From positions 3,025 through 67,024 of the IMG/VR virus record IMGVR_UViG_3300036832_000367: a stretch of 64,000 bases of DNA. One strand, 5' to 3'. Every line of letters begins with the position of its first letter. Within the stretch, counting starts at the first letter, position 1. The stretch comes from a virus. This document shows positions 39,069-48,481 of the stretch, piece after piece. The notes beneath the pieces are model-generated. The model searched no databases. It had not been told where the DNA came from and worked only from the letters and a program-made list of their open reading frames with translations. A program made the position numbers and the translations under genes.

Positions 39069-40013
39069 TCAGCGACGGTCTGTTTCTTCTTCTTCGTCAT
39101 CGTCATTGCCTTCCTGCTTGATTCTCAGTCGACGAAACGATGCCTCTTTCACGGTGTGCGCCTTACGATGCTGAAGCTTGAACGTCACTTTCCAGCCCGG
39201 CACGAGAACGCGTTCGGCGTCGCCGATCTTGTCCTTGATTTCATTTTCAAGCTTCCCGCAAAGCCGCTCGGCGTCCTTTAGCTCCTCACACACTTTCTGG
39301 CGCTGCACCAGCAATTCACGCATCCGATTGTCATGGCTGAGATCGAGAACCCTACCGGGCGTTTCGCGAGGATAGAGCAGTGAGATAAGTTCATTGTCGC
39401 GCTCGTAATCGATGGTCGGCGTCGCGTCGTGATCGAAGGCGTGCCAGAACGCGCCGGTTGCTTCAATGATGCGATCGATCACGCCCTGATGGCGCTCGAT
39501 AAGATGGGTCTCGACCGAAAAATCGCTCCACTCGCCAACCGGCATCACGGCGATCATGCCCCATTGCGCGCCGGTCAAGTGCATCTCGACGGCGAGTTGC
39601 AGCAACACCCAGAGCGGCGGGCCTTCCGACCAGTGGCGTTTGAAAGCCGACACGCCAGCGGTCTTGACTTGCAGCACGCCGCGCTTGTCCTCGCTGTCGG
39701 GACTGATGAAAAAATCCGGCGTTGCGCCGAGTCTCAGATCGGGATCATGGAAATAGGACCGCGCCTTGATGATCGCCCAATTCGGATGCAGTTCGCTAAC
39801 TTCTTCCGCGACCAGATTTTCCAGTCGGTTGCCCCTGCGCATCGCGGCGTTGGTGACGACCGGTGGCGTCAGTTGCTTTTTCTGCGCGTAAAGTTGCCCG
39901 ATGGTCATGTAGGGATGCGAAGCAAACAGCGCGGCGACAACGGACGCGGTCACGTCTTGCGCGCGCAATGCCTGCCATTGCTCTGGCGATGTGATTGGAA
40001 TTTCTTCGATCAT
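39069..40013 (-). CDS. YqaJ / lambda-exonuclease-family protein
   Basis: WQALRAQDVTAS, GNRLE, ATPD, QVKT motifs; adjacent to RecT. Confidence 0.9.
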   Translation of the reverse strand: MIEEIPITSPEQWQALRAQDVTASVVAALFASHPYMTIGQLYAQKKQLTPPVVTNAAMRRGNRLENLVAEEVSELHPNWAIIKARSYFHDPDLRLGATPDFFISPDSEDKRGVLQVKTAGVSAFKRHWSEGPPLWVLLQLAVEMHLTGAQWGMIAVMPVGEWSDFSVETHLIERHQGVIDRIIEATGAFWHAFDHDATPTIDYERDNELISLLYPRETPGRVLDLSHDNRMRELLVQRQKVCEELKDAERLCGKLENEIKDKIGDAERVLVPGWKVTFKLQHRKAHTVKEASFRRLRIKQEGNDDDEEEETDRR

Positions 40014-41570
40014 TTAATAACCTCCGCCAGCAGAGCCGTGAATGATCTTGGCCCACCTCTTACCGATCTCAGGCATCGTGCTGTACTTCCTATCCTTGTC
40101 GACGCAATCTTCGGAAGTCGCCCCAACGTTGAACTCATTAAGCGGGATATGATGGAGTCCCGGAATGGTGACGAGAACCCGATAGCCAGCCCAATCGAAC
40201 TCGCGAATTCCACGAAAGTGTGCCTTAACGGTGGTGCCATTCTTGCGGACATGAGGCGCGACGAAATGGAAGATGCGCTGCTTGACGCCATTGCTTGTCA
40301 GTGTGATGTCGCGATCCTGAAAGAAGTAGCCCATTCGTCTCGGATCAATGCCAAATACTGCCGTTAGATCGCCGTTGCTGACACTGACCCGCGCCATGGC
40401 GTAGTAAGAGCCTTCGACATCGCGCACCAAATTAGCGAACATTCGTCCCAAAAAGGACTGCACATCAACGCCGTTGTCTTTCGCCCATTGCTGATAGTCA
40501 GATGGTATTCGCCACGCGCGCCGGGGGATGCGCTGAAGTTCATCACTAACCTTGTGCGCATGACCACTCCCCTTCCTTCGCCTACCCGTGACGACATCAT
40601 CTCTCAGATGACGCGCCACTTTGATCGGCACCATCTCGGTGTCTAGAATGCGAAGGATTTTAATCGTTTGGCCATCGGCGCTGACGAATATACCAATCTC
40701 TTGAGGGCTACCCCATTTGCGCTTCAGGGTCTTGTCTTGTGGTTTATCCCACCAAACCGTCATGACGTAGATATCGCCACCTGTCATCGGCTGTAACGTA
40801 GACGGAGCCTTGCGCTTTTGATACTTCGTGAAATACATAAACTTCGGATGCCAGAGACTATCGCGCCCCGTGCGCCTATCATCATCCCCATCCAGTTCCT
40901 TTTTCTCGGTGAGAGGATCAGCGCCGATGGCAATGCAACCAAATGACGGTCGCTCTTTGTTGAACCACGCAGGCAGTTTAATGTCAGTATATTGCTGACG
41001 CTCCTGCTTCGTAATTTTCCTCCGTTTACTTCTGGCGTCACTTGTCGAATATGGAATCAGCGTTGCACCGAATTGTTTATAGAATCCATAGGAGTCTGGA
41101 TCGTATTTCTTCATCCGCGCCAGATAGACCCAATAGCGATCAAGTTGATCGAGAATTGAGTCACGGAAGTTAAACTCGCCCCACAACTCGGATTCCTCGA
41201 AAAGCACATCGCCCTGACCGTCACCCTCAATCAACTCGTCAGCAATAATCGTGTCATTGGGGTCATCGACTAGTTCAACAACCTCCGGCCTTGCTCTTGG
41301 CTCCGGTCTTGGGGCTGGCGGCTTTCTGGTCACGGGCTGCGGCTGCGGTCCCTTGGGTACGACGAACTTGTCGCGCCGCCGCCGGGCACGTTCAAGGGCG
41401 CGCCTAGTGGCGCGATTGGGTTGAGCTTCAGTTGGCGGTGGCTCTGGCGTCGGAGGTTCTGGCGTCAATGGCTCTGACTTCGTCGGCGGCGGCGCGATGA
41501 CGGGAGTCGGCCGCTTCCATCGAAGCCAATGGATGACGTGTTGCCAGATATCTTTCAGTAAGAACCGCAT
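40014..41570 (-). CDS. Large hypothetical protein (~518 aa)
   Basis: Probable start MRFLLK at 41570; the upstream extension is antisense to real + strand genes; C-terminal HVR..HFRG motif. Confidence 0.7.
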   Translation of the reverse strand: MRFLLKDIWQHVIHWLRWKRPTPVIAPPPTKSEPLTPEPPTPEPPPTEAQPNRATRRALERARRRRDKFVVPKGPQPQPVTRKPPAPRPEPRARPEVVELVDDPNDTIIADELIEGDGQGDVLFEESELWGEFNFRDSILDQLDRYWVYLARMKKYDPDSYGFYKQFGATLIPYSTSDARSKRRKITKQERQQYTDIKLPAWFNKERPSFGCIAIGADPLTEKKELDGDDDRRTGRDSLWHPKFMYFTKYQKRKAPSTLQPMTGGDIYVMTVWWDKPQDKTLKRKWGSPQEIGIFVSADGQTIKILRILDTEMVPIKVARHLRDDVVTGRRRKGSGHAHKVSDELQRIPRRAWRIPSDYQQWAKDNGVDVQSFLGRMFANLVRDVEGSYYAMARVSVSNGDLTAVFGIDPRRMGYFFQDRDITLTSNGVKQRIFHFVAPHVRKNGTTVKAHFRGIREFDWAGYRVLVTIPGLHHIPLNEFNVGATSEDCVDKDRKYSTMPEIGKRWAKIIHGSAGGGY

Positions 41571-41660
41571 ACACTTGATCGTCCCGCTTTTGGGAAGCGA
41601 GGCTAGACATGGTAACGACGGCTTGTCAATACCGGAGCAATCGGTTAAAGGGATGGCCTT

Positions 41661-41882
41661 ATGGACATGCATATGGATGCTGGGCTGAAGCAGGCTATCC
41701 AAGCCATCGGCAACGCCAACAAGCTGGCGAAGGCATTGGGCGTGACCCGCCAAGCCATTTACTTTTGGGAACGGATTCCGCTTGAGCGCGTCCACCAAAT
41801 TGAAAAACTCACCGGCATTCCCAAGGAAGAACTGCGGCCAGATTTTTTCGGAGAGCCAAAGCGTGCCCGGAAAAAACGTTGA
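41661..41882 (+). CDS. Cro/YdaS-like HTH regulator
   Basis: LAKALGVTRQAIYFW..IP..IEKLTGIPKEELRPD. Confidence 0.88.
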   Translation: MDMHMDAGLKQAIQAIGNANKLAKALGVTRQAIYFWERIPLERVHQIEKLTGIPKEELRPDFFGEPKRARKKR

Positions 41883-42342
41883 GCCGCAGCAAAAAGACCT
41901 GCTGACCGGCAGATGGCGAACCACCATCCGCCCGCGACGCGAAGATCGCGCGCTGCATATTCCGTTGGTCAGCATTCTTCGCTGGGCTCTGCGGCCCGGC
42001 GTGGTCATGCGGCACGTTCCCAACGGGGAAGGCCGCGATCCAAAAGTCGGAGCAAAACTCAAAGCGATGGGAGTCCTGCCGGGCAGCGCTGATCTGGAAT
42101 TTTTCTGGGATAGCGCGCGCACGCCAGTGCAGCCATGTCTCACGGTGTTGTTTATGGAATTGAAAATCGGCGATACGCAGCCATCGGACGCTCAGCAAAT
42201 CTTCCGCCAGCGCATGGTAGAGATCGGCGCTGGCTACAGTTTGGTGCGGTCGGTCGACGAGGCGTTGACGATCCTGCAATCGCTGGGGCTGTTGCGCGAC
42301 AACGTCAAGATCGAGCAGATCGGAAAGCGGCGAGAGATTTAA
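41863..42342 (+). CDS. VRR-NUC-like nuclease / resolvase
   Basis: HVPNG..LKAMGVLPGSADL..FMELK..SDAQ. Confidence 0.8.
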   Translation: MPGKNVEPQQKDLLTGRWRTTIRPRREDRALHIPLVSILRWALRPGVVMRHVPNGEGRDPKVGAKLKAMGVLPGSADLEFFWDSARTPVQPCLTVLFMELKIGDTQPSDAQQIFRQRMVEIGAGYSLVRSVDEALTILQSLGLLRDNVKIEQIGKRREI

Positions 42343-42623
42343 TGATCGAAGAAATAACCAAGGAGCAATGCGAACCAGTCTGGCGTGGTCCGTTGCCGTG
42401 GCTGATTGAGAAGCGATGGTTTCGCTCGGGAGTCGTGAGGGGTATTTTGATATTTGATAACGCCGATCACGATTGGAGCTTCATCACGCTCTGGCCCGAT
42501 GAAAATAGGGTTTATCGCGGCGTAGACCTTGGTTGTAATTTTAAGACTCCGGATGAAGCAATTGTCGCACTGCATAAGTCAATGAACGCCCAGCCCATGG
42601 ACTCACCGAAACTCGTTCTATGA
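42342..42623 (+). CDS. Hypothetical protein
   Basis: TAATG coupling; protein-like. Confidence 0.6.
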   Translation: MIEEITKEQCEPVWRGPLPWLIEKRWFRSGVVRGILIFDNADHDWSFITLWPDENRVYRGVDLGCNFKTPDEAIVALHKSMNAQPMDSPKLVL

Positions 42624-43231
42624 TGGGCAAGCGTTCATCCTTCGCACGCCGACCGCAGGATTACTACAGAACGCCGCCTGATGCGGTAACGGCGCTGCTG
42701 CCACATCTCCCCGCAGCAGCCGCTTTCATCGAGCCTTGCGCGGGCGACGGAACGTTGGTCGGCCATTTGATGGAATGCGGCCACGCCTGCGTCTATGCCT
42801 GCGACGTCCGTCCCCGTAACCGGCTCATGATCCACAAGCGCGACGCTCTGGCACTCGACCGCAAGCTGGTCGAGCGGCGCGAAGCAAAATTCATCATCAC
42901 CAACCCGCCATGGTCGCGGCCGATCCTGCACCAGATGATCGAGCACTTTTCTGACTTGCTGCCGACGTGGCTCCTGATCGACGCCAACTGGATTTTCACC
43001 CGGCAGGCCGCGCCATATCTCAAGCGCTGCGTCAAGATCGTCACCATCGGCCGGGTCAAATGGATCGCGAATAGTCCATCGGTCGGCAAGGATGACGCGG
43101 CATGGATGCTTTTCACTCGCGCGCATCGCGGGCAGCCGCGCTTCTATGGGCAGCGCGACCTTGCTGTAGCATCAGGTTCAGCAACAGCCGTACGCGGTGC
43201 GGCACCGACTCGCCGTTCTCATAGCGGATGA
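42620..43231 (+). CDS. Phage DNA (N6-adenine) methyltransferase-like protein
   Basis: DYYRTP, EPCAGDG, ITNPPW motifs. Confidence 0.8.
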   Translation: MMGKRSSFARRPQDYYRTPPDAVTALLPHLPAAAAFIEPCAGDGTLVGHLMECGHACVYACDVRPRNRLMIHKRDALALDRKLVERREAKFIITNPPWSRPILHQMIEHFSDLLPTWLLIDANWIFTRQAAPYLKRCVKIVTIGRVKWIANSPSVGKDDAAWMLFTRAHRGQPRFYGQRDLAVASGSATAVRGAAPTRRSHSG

Positions 43232-43325
43232 CGGTGCGCGGGCTGCACGACAGATATTCGGCCATCTGGCGCTGTGTCAGGCCAAGCTTGGTCCGGGCGC
43301 TTTTGACGAATGTGGCGTCGGTCAT
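43113..43325 (-). CDS. XRE HTH protein
   Basis: ARTKLGLTQRQMAEYLSCSPRTVIRYENG. Confidence 0.8.
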   Translation of the reverse strand: MTDATFVKSARTKLGLTQRQMAEYLSCSPRTVIRYENGESVPHRVRLLLNLMLQQGRAAHRSAAARDARE

Positions 43326-43445
43326 GATTTGGCTCCAATCTCTCGCCGGGTTGACCGGGGACGCTCTGGGGTTTATTTAACCAGCGTTGTGGTGTTCCAA
43401 GGTTCTCTCCTGTTGTTCGGCCGATTCTTGCAGGAATCGTGATAC

Positions 43446-43481
43446 AAAAAAAGGCCCGCCGGGTTTCCCCGGCGGGCCTTT
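43446..43481 (-). terminator. Intrinsic terminator ending the leftward early operon
   Basis: AAGGCCCGCCGGG-TTTC-CCCGGCGGGCCTT with a U run on the - strand. Confidence 0.85.
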
Positions 43482-43490
43482 CAGTTTGGG

Positions 43491-43646
43491 TTACTTGTGG
43501 CAGTGGAACGTGGTTGCGTGCCGATGGCACAGAGAATGCGAGGGACTGGCAGTCGACATGACGATGCCAGCGACCAGTGTCAGCGCGATTATCACGCGCG
43601 CGACTGCCGCGACGAGATGCGGCAGCGCGATGGCTTTGGTCTTCAT
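43491..43646 (-). CDS. Small membrane or secreted peptide
   Basis: SD AACAGGAG; hydrophobic helix. Confidence 0.55.
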   Translation of the reverse strand: MKTKAIALPHLVAAVARVIIALTLVAGIVMSTASPSHSLCHRHATTFHCHK

Positions 43647-43672
43647 GGGTGGTCTCCTGTTTTGGTTTACCT

Positions 43673-43945
43673 CTAGCGAACCTTGTAAAGCTTGCGAACG
43701 CTGAGATACTTTGAAGAAGCAGACATGCCGCCGTGCGATGTTCTTGTTCGCAATTTGATGTGGCACGGTATCCAGCCAGACGACCGTCCGACGATGAAGC
43801 GTTCTTTTTCGCCGGTCATGTCTGAGACCGTTTCAACACGCCAGCCTTCAAGGCCGATTAGTTGTGGTGACAGGCCAGCGTCGCTTCGTAAGGCATCGCG
43901 TTCAGCCGGTGTGAGCACATTCCATTTCTCTTGGGTCATGGTCAT
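43673..43945 (-). CDS. Hypothetical protein
   Basis: LSPQLIGLEGWRVE..RFIVGRSSGW.PCH; SD GAGG. Confidence 0.7.
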   Translation of the reverse strand: MTMTQEKWNVLTPAERDALRSDAGLSPQLIGLEGWRVETVSDMTGEKERFIVGRSSGWIPCHIKLRTRTSHGGMSASSKYLSVRKLYKVR

Positions 43946-44040
43946 GGGTGCGGTGTTTCCTCTCTTGTTGAACGCCGCTTGCAGGCGGGGAAGCGAATGC
44001 TTCGTGCTGCGGCACAGGTCGCGCCGCAGTGTCGAAACAA

Positions 44041-44382
44041 TCAGTGGCCATGGTGCCACGTCTTGCCACCGTCGTGGCTGTGGTGCCCGTGTGCGAGCGC
44101 CTGACGATTGACGGTGCGGCCGGAAAGCGCTTCGGCTTGCGCAATGGCGGCGCGCGCCAGCGCCGATCCGGATGACATGATCTGGCGATAGGCGCACGCG
44201 TCGGTGATGCGCGAGCGGTCTTCAGCGGTCCAGCCCTCGAAAGCAATCGCGCCTTGCGGCCCGATCACCGGCTTGACGGTCTTCGCCGCCAGCAACGTGG
44301 ACAGCCGCGTCACGGCGGTTCGCACTTCCGTCTTGCGTTGCGAGAGTGTCTGGCCCTTTAGCAGTTGGGTGTCACAGGGCAT
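44041..44382 (-). CDS. Hypothetical protein (AAA module partner)
   Basis: MPCDT start; DACAYR motif. Confidence 0.7.
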   Translation of the reverse strand: MPCDTQLLKGQTLSQRKTEVRTAVTRLSTLLAAKTVKPVIGPQGAIAFEGWTAEDRSRITDACAYRQIMSSGSALARAAIAQAEALSGRTVNRQALAHGHHSHDGGKTWHHGH

Positions 44383-44442
44383 TTGGAATCTCCGGTTGGT
44401 AGTGCCGCGAGCCAAGCGTGATTGCTGGCTCGCGGATCGTAA

Positions 44443-45189
44443 TCAGGCGACCTTGCCGGGCGCGAAGTCGAGCACGCGGCCCTCGACCGCAGGCGCGGCG
44501 ATCGGCCGTGCCTCGTCCAGATCGAGAAACGCCGTTCTCGATTCGGTAACCGCGCGGATGGCCCGCAGGTCGATCTCAGTCGCAGCCTGCTCGCCTGCCT
44601 TGACGATCTTACGGGCGCTCGACCGCGCCGCTTCAATCGCCACCTGCACGCGCGCCGCCGCGTCTGGCGACAACATCTGGCCGATCCCCTTGACCCGGTT
44701 GGCGGCCTCGCGGATCACCTTAACGTCGAGATTGCGCAGACCAGCCTCCACCGTGGAAAGCAAGTCAGCCACCTCACTGTTGATCGCCTTGACGGCTTTG
44801 ACGTCATCCGATGCGATGTGTCCGACCAGCGCATAGACCGACAGCCGGGTCAGCGTCGCTTCGGCGTTGAAGTCCGCTACCAGCCTGTCCGCCGCCTTGA
44901 TCGCGGCATCCAGTTCGTCGGCGTTGCGCTCCGGGCAAAGCAGCCCGAACGCTGACTGGGCGCACACGGCGCGGATCAGCGATCCGGCCTTGCCGCGCAC
45001 CTTTTTGCCGCGCTCGAACTCGGCAGCGTCGGCAATGACACGCTCGGTTTCCCAGCGCGCCTCGCTCGATCCATCCGCCGTCAAGTGTTCGGTTTCCAGA
45101 TCGATCTTGCGGTATTGCACGTTGCCGCGTAGCGACGTTTTTAGCGACACGAGCAAGCCCGGTCGCAGTGTTGACGTGCGAAGTGTCAT
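44443..45189 (-). CDS. Hypothetical protein (AAA module partner)
   Basis: SD AACAGGAG; helical; C-terminal RVLDF. Confidence 0.75.
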   Translation of the reverse strand: MTLRTSTLRPGLLVSLKTSLRGNVQYRKIDLETEHLTADGSSEARWETERVIADAAEFERGKKVRGKAGSLIRAVCAQSAFGLLCPERNADELDAAIKAADRLVADFNAEATLTRLSVYALVGHIASDDVKAVKAINSEVADLLSTVEAGLRNLDVKVIREAANRVKGIGQMLSPDAAARVQVAIEAARSSARKIVKAGEQAATEIDLRAIRAVTESRTAFLDLDEARPIAAPAVEGRVLDFAPGKVA

Positions 45190-45215
45190 TAGCGTTCTCC
45201 TGTTTTTGGGGTTTG

Positions 45216-45279
45216 CGCTGTTGCAGACAGCGAGTGCAGGACAGCACTATGAGGCGGTCCCGTAGGACCGCCCTTAGTG
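45216..45279 (-). repeat. Structured intergenic element, copy 1 (divergent, compensatory changes)
   Basis: + strand CGCTG-TTGCAGA-CAGCG AGTGC..GCACTA TGA GGCGGTCC-CGTA-GGACCGCC CT TAGTG. Confidence 0.85.
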
Positions 45280-45287
45280 GTGTCAGA

Positions 45288-46862
45288 TCACAGATCGAGT
45301 GCCCGGACTCTGGGCTTCGCCTGATCGGCGATTTCGGGCGCGCTGGCGGGACGTGCCCGGCCATTGGCCCAAGCGCGCAGCTTCAGCAGGCGCTCCGCAG
45401 CGGTCTTGCTTAACGGCACGACCGTCTTCGCCGCAGCCAGCAGGTCGGTCGCATTGATCTCACGACCGCCGTCCGCGAATGCGGCATACATCGCATCCGG
45501 AACCAGCGCCGCGATTTCACTGCCCGTGAAACCATCGCTGGCATCGACGACCTTGTTCAAGCCCTCGATCTCGCCGCGCTTGAACTGGCGCAACGTGGCC
45601 TTGAGGATTTCCAGCCGCTCGATCCGCGTTGGCAGATCGATCCACCAGATTTCATCGAACCGGCCCTTACGCAACAACTCCGCCGGAAGAACCTCGACAT
45701 CGTTTGCCGTGGCGATCACGAACGCATCGTTTTTGCGTTCCTGCATCCACGACAGCACCGCGCCGAGAGCATCCGACGAAACACCGCCGTCCGCCGATCC
45801 TGAAGTCGCGCCTTGCAGCGCTTTTTCAATCTCGTCGAACCAGACGATGCAGCGCCCCACTGTTTCGATGACCTTGAAAGCCCGTCGCAAATTGCCTTCG
45901 GACTCGCCAACAAACTTAGACTTGATGGCACCAAGATCGACTCGTAACAGCGGCACGCCCCATGCCGTCGATATCGCCTTCGCGGTAAGAGACTTACCGC
46001 AACCGGGAATACCAGCCAGCAGCGCGCCCTTCGGCGCAGGCAGGCCATAAGCGCGGGCCTGCGGGGTGTAGGCACTGGACCGGGAAACCAGCCACGTCTT
46101 GAGGTTTTCCAGCCCGCCGACCGCGTTCAGACCATCGGGCAGCGGATCGAACCACTCAAGAACGCGCTCGCGGGAGATCACGGTCTTCTTTTCCTTAGCG
46201 ACCGCGACCGGGTCGATGGTCCGCGACGTGACCAGCGATTTGCTGTAGCAGGCTTGGGCCTCGACTTGGCTTAGGCCGACCGCAGCATCGATGGCCGCCT
46301 CACGGCGACCGTTCACCATCGTATCTCCCAGATCGTATTGCTCGACCAGTGAGTCCAGCACCGCCGCGATTTCCTCACGGTCGGGCATCGGCATTTCGAT
46401 CACCGTGGCATGTCCCGCCAGTTCAGGCGGAATGTCAGCGGAAGGCGAAAGCACGATGATGGCTTGCGCGCGATCACGCGGGGTGCCGGGCAGCAACCGC
46501 GCGAGGTTTCGTAACTGGCGCATGGTCGTCGCGCCAGCCGGTCCGCTTAACCATGCGGGCAGGTCGCGCATGATCCAGACGCCACGCTCTGGCGTGCCGA
46601 CGACGCGGGATGCGCGCACTCGGATTTCGCCCAGCGCTTCGCCCGGATCGGCGAATTGCGGCTGCGCCTTGCCGCTCATATCGGCGATGCCTTGGCCGAC
46701 GTCCCAAGTATAGGGAACGTAACCGGCCGATGCCGCCGCCTCAAACAGCAGACGCTCGGCGCGTGCTTCCTCGCGTGATGCCACCCAGATGAGCGGGTTT
46801 CGCGCGCGGAGCAGTGCCGAAACGTCGGCGGCCATTTCCTGACCGCGTGTGAGTTTTGACAT
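45288..46862 (-). CDS. AAA+ ATPase (Ycf46/SpoVK-like)
   Basis: Walker A GIPGCGKS, Walker B WFDEIEK, ATAN, LLRKGRFDE; degenerate N-terminal AAA domain. Confidence 0.92.
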   Translation of the reverse strand: MSKLTRGQEMAADVSALLRARNPLIWVASREEARAERLLFEAAASAGYVPYTWDVGQGIADMSGKAQPQFADPGEALGEIRVRASRVVGTPERGVWIMRDLPAWLSGPAGATTMRQLRNLARLLPGTPRDRAQAIIVLSPSADIPPELAGHATVIEMPMPDREEIAAVLDSLVEQYDLGDTMVNGRREAAIDAAVGLSQVEAQACYSKSLVTSRTIDPVAVAKEKKTVISRERVLEWFDPLPDGLNAVGGLENLKTWLVSRSSAYTPQARAYGLPAPKGALLAGIPGCGKSLTAKAISTAWGVPLLRVDLGAIKSKFVGESEGNLRRAFKVIETVGRCIVWFDEIEKALQGATSGSADGGVSSDALGAVLSWMQERKNDAFVIATANDVEVLPAELLRKGRFDEIWWIDLPTRIERLEILKATLRQFKRGEIEGLNKVVDASDGFTGSEIAALVPDAMYAAFADGGREINATDLLAAAKTVVPLSKTAAERLLKLRAWANGRARPASAPEIADQAKPRVRALDL

Positions 46863-46958
46863 GGTGTTACTCCTGTTAGTGCCAGCCGCGCGGGACTAGG
46901 ACGTATCTGTTCCAACCGCTGGCGCTACGCCTCGCTTCGGCGCAGGTGGTCTACAATG

Positions 46959-47026
46959 CGCCGCTTGCAGGCGGCGAATGTTGCGAAGGCAACACTATGA
47001 GACGGCGCAACGCGCCGTCCTTAGTG
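46959..47026 (-). repeat. Structured intergenic element, copy 2
   Basis: 46957-47031 is identical over 75 bp to 48726-48800. Confidence 0.9.
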
Positions 47027-47032
47027 TGGCTG

Positions 47033-47425
47033 TTAGTCTCCGAGATAAAAATACCAGCTACCGTCATCGCCCTTGTAGAGCCGTCCGGAATAGGTGCCGC
47101 GCTCGGCACCTTCCTGATATTCTTCGTAAGAGTCGGCGCTTTCCATTTCGCGGATATCGCCAGCAACAAACTGACAGACGAGACCTTGCAGATCGGCGTT
47201 TGACCAACCGGCTATTTCGTCGTCGGTCCATGCGCCGAAACCTTTGAAAAAGTCGCGCGCGGCATCAAGTGCGGTTTCGTCCGATAGCAGTGGATTGTGT
47301 CGGCCGTACTCGACCGAATTATTCCAAGTGAACGAACCCGCGTTCTGGCCAAGTTCAGCGATGCTGCCGGACAACATCGGCATTTCATCGGAAGCTTTGA
47401 CCATATGCGTGACATCTAATTCCAT
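47033..47425 (-). CDS. Hypothetical acidic protein
   Basis: SD GGGAGGG; flanked by element copies. Confidence 0.75.
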   Translation of the reverse strand: MELDVTHMVKASDEMPMLSGSIAELGQNAGSFTWNNSVEYGRHNPLLSDETALDAARDFFKGFGAWTDDEIAGWSNADLQGLVCQFVAGDIREMESADSYEEYQEGAERGTYSGRLYKGDDGSWYFYLGD

Positions 47426-47444
47426 GGTGGTGTGTCCCTCCCTT

Positions 47445-47493
47445 CTAGTGTTTTGAAACAACACTATGAGACGGCGTGACCGCCGTCCTTAGT
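47445..47493 (-). repeat. Structured intergenic element, copy 3 (lacks the CTGCAA hairpin)
   Basis: CACTATGAGACGGCG-TGAC-CGCCGTCCTTAGT. Confidence 0.9.
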
Positions 47494-47495
47494 AT

Positions 47496-47771
47496 TCATC
47501 GCTTCGATTTTGCTATTTTGCAGTCTTCGCAAGTGCAGCGCTGGGCCAACTTGAATTGGCGCTTAACTTCCCTGACGGAAGACTCGTGGATGATGTGCAT
47601 TCCACCTGCACGATCTACTTCCGTGTTTGCCCAACCCTTCTTGAGATATACCCAATAGGACCAAGGCTTATCGTCGCCCTCTGAATAATCCTTTTCCAGC
47701 CAGCCTTCATCAAACTTGTCGCTGTAGCTGGATAGAAAGGCTTTCAGTTTTTCTGGAAGCGGTTTTTCCAT
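47496..47771 (-). CDS. Hypothetical protein
   Basis: SD AACAGGAG; C-terminal CTCEDC. Confidence 0.75.
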   Translation of the reverse strand: MEKPLPEKLKAFLSSYSDKFDEGWLEKDYSEGDDKPWSYWVYLKKGWANTEVDRAGGMHIIHESSVREVKRQFKLAQRCTCEDCKIAKSKR

Positions 47772-47791
47772 TTTGGTGTTTACTCCTGTTG

Positions 47792-47858
47792 CGCCGCTTG
47801 CAGGCGGCGAGTGTGCATTGGCAACACTATGAGACGGCGCAACGCGCCGTCCTTAGTG
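47792..47858 (-). repeat. Structured intergenic element, copy 4
   Basis: Full three-hairpin consensus. Confidence 0.9.
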
Positions 47859-47862
47859 TGGC

Positions 47863-48045
47863 TCAGTCTTCGTCTATCGGCTCATCGTGCCAATAATTGC
47901 CATCGGTCAGAACGTCTGGTCGATAGCCAGCGAGTTTCTTCCGCTCGCACTTCTCGCAGGTGTAGCAAAGGAAAATCCCGCGCGCGTCGTACTGCGGCCC
48001 CGGAAAGTATCCAGAACCGCAAGGACAATGTTGCAGGCGTGCCAT
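47863..48045 (-). CDS. Small Zn-binding protein
   Basis: CPCGSG..DARGIFLCYTCEKC. Confidence 0.75.
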   Translation of the reverse strand: MARLQHCPCGSGYFPGPQYDARGIFLCYTCEKCERKKLAGYRPDVLTDGNYWHDEPIDED

Positions 48046-48064
48046 GGTGGTGTGTCCCTCCCTT

Positions 48065-48250
48065 CTAGTGTTGGCGCTCTACCTTGGTTTCGAGCAGTTC
48101 CATTTCCAGCTTTTCGCCGTTGTGTTGCTTCTGTAGTTTCTTGAGAAGCGGCAAAACCTTGGAAGCTGGCGCTGTTGCGAAAACCGTTTTGCTGACCGAG
48201 CCCACGATCCGATAGTAGGTGGGCTTGTCGCGTTTATGAATCATGGTCAT
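48065..48250 (-). CDS. Hypothetical protein
   Basis: Operonic small ORF. Confidence 0.55.
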   Translation of the reverse strand: MTMIHKRDKPTYYRIVGSVSKTVFATAPASKVLPLLKKLQKQHNGEKLEMELLETKVERQH

Positions 48251-48464
48251 TCTGTTTGGTCTCCGGTACGGCGCGCAACGTGCGGCCCTCGTATGAATAG
48301 TTGACCGGATCATCGGACGGCGCGGCGCGATATTCCTTCACCGCCATCCAGCGCATCATGAGATCGTGCGCGTTTTCGTGCGCTTCCTTCTCGGTCGCAA
48401 AGCGCAAGCCGTTGCCGCACCACTTGCCGGTGTTGTCGGCGATGACTTCAGGTTTCCAAGACAT
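48234..48464 (-). CDS. Hypothetical protein (paralogue of 53724..53927)
   Basis: MSWKPEVIAD.TGKW..LRF..EA..DL..RW.AV. Confidence 0.75.
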   Translation of the reverse strand: MSWKPEVIADNTGKWCGNGLRFATEKEAHENAHDLMMRWMAVKEYRAAPSDDPVNYSYEGRTLRAVPETKQNDHDS

Positions 48465-48481
48465 TACTAATTCCCCTTTTG

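Noticed and set aside
41571-42143. N-terminal extension of the 709-aa ORF
   Set aside because: Antisense to the well-supported Cro-like and VRR-NUC genes; the real start is probably 41570.
46959-47026. Element as a known ribozyme (hammerhead or twister-sister)
   Set aside because: It lacks the CUGAUGA/GAAA core. The CUCAU and UGCAA words recall twister-sister, but the junction topology does not match, so no call is made.
46959-47026. Element as a simple intrinsic terminator
   Set aside because: No U-tract follows either hairpin on the transcribed strand.
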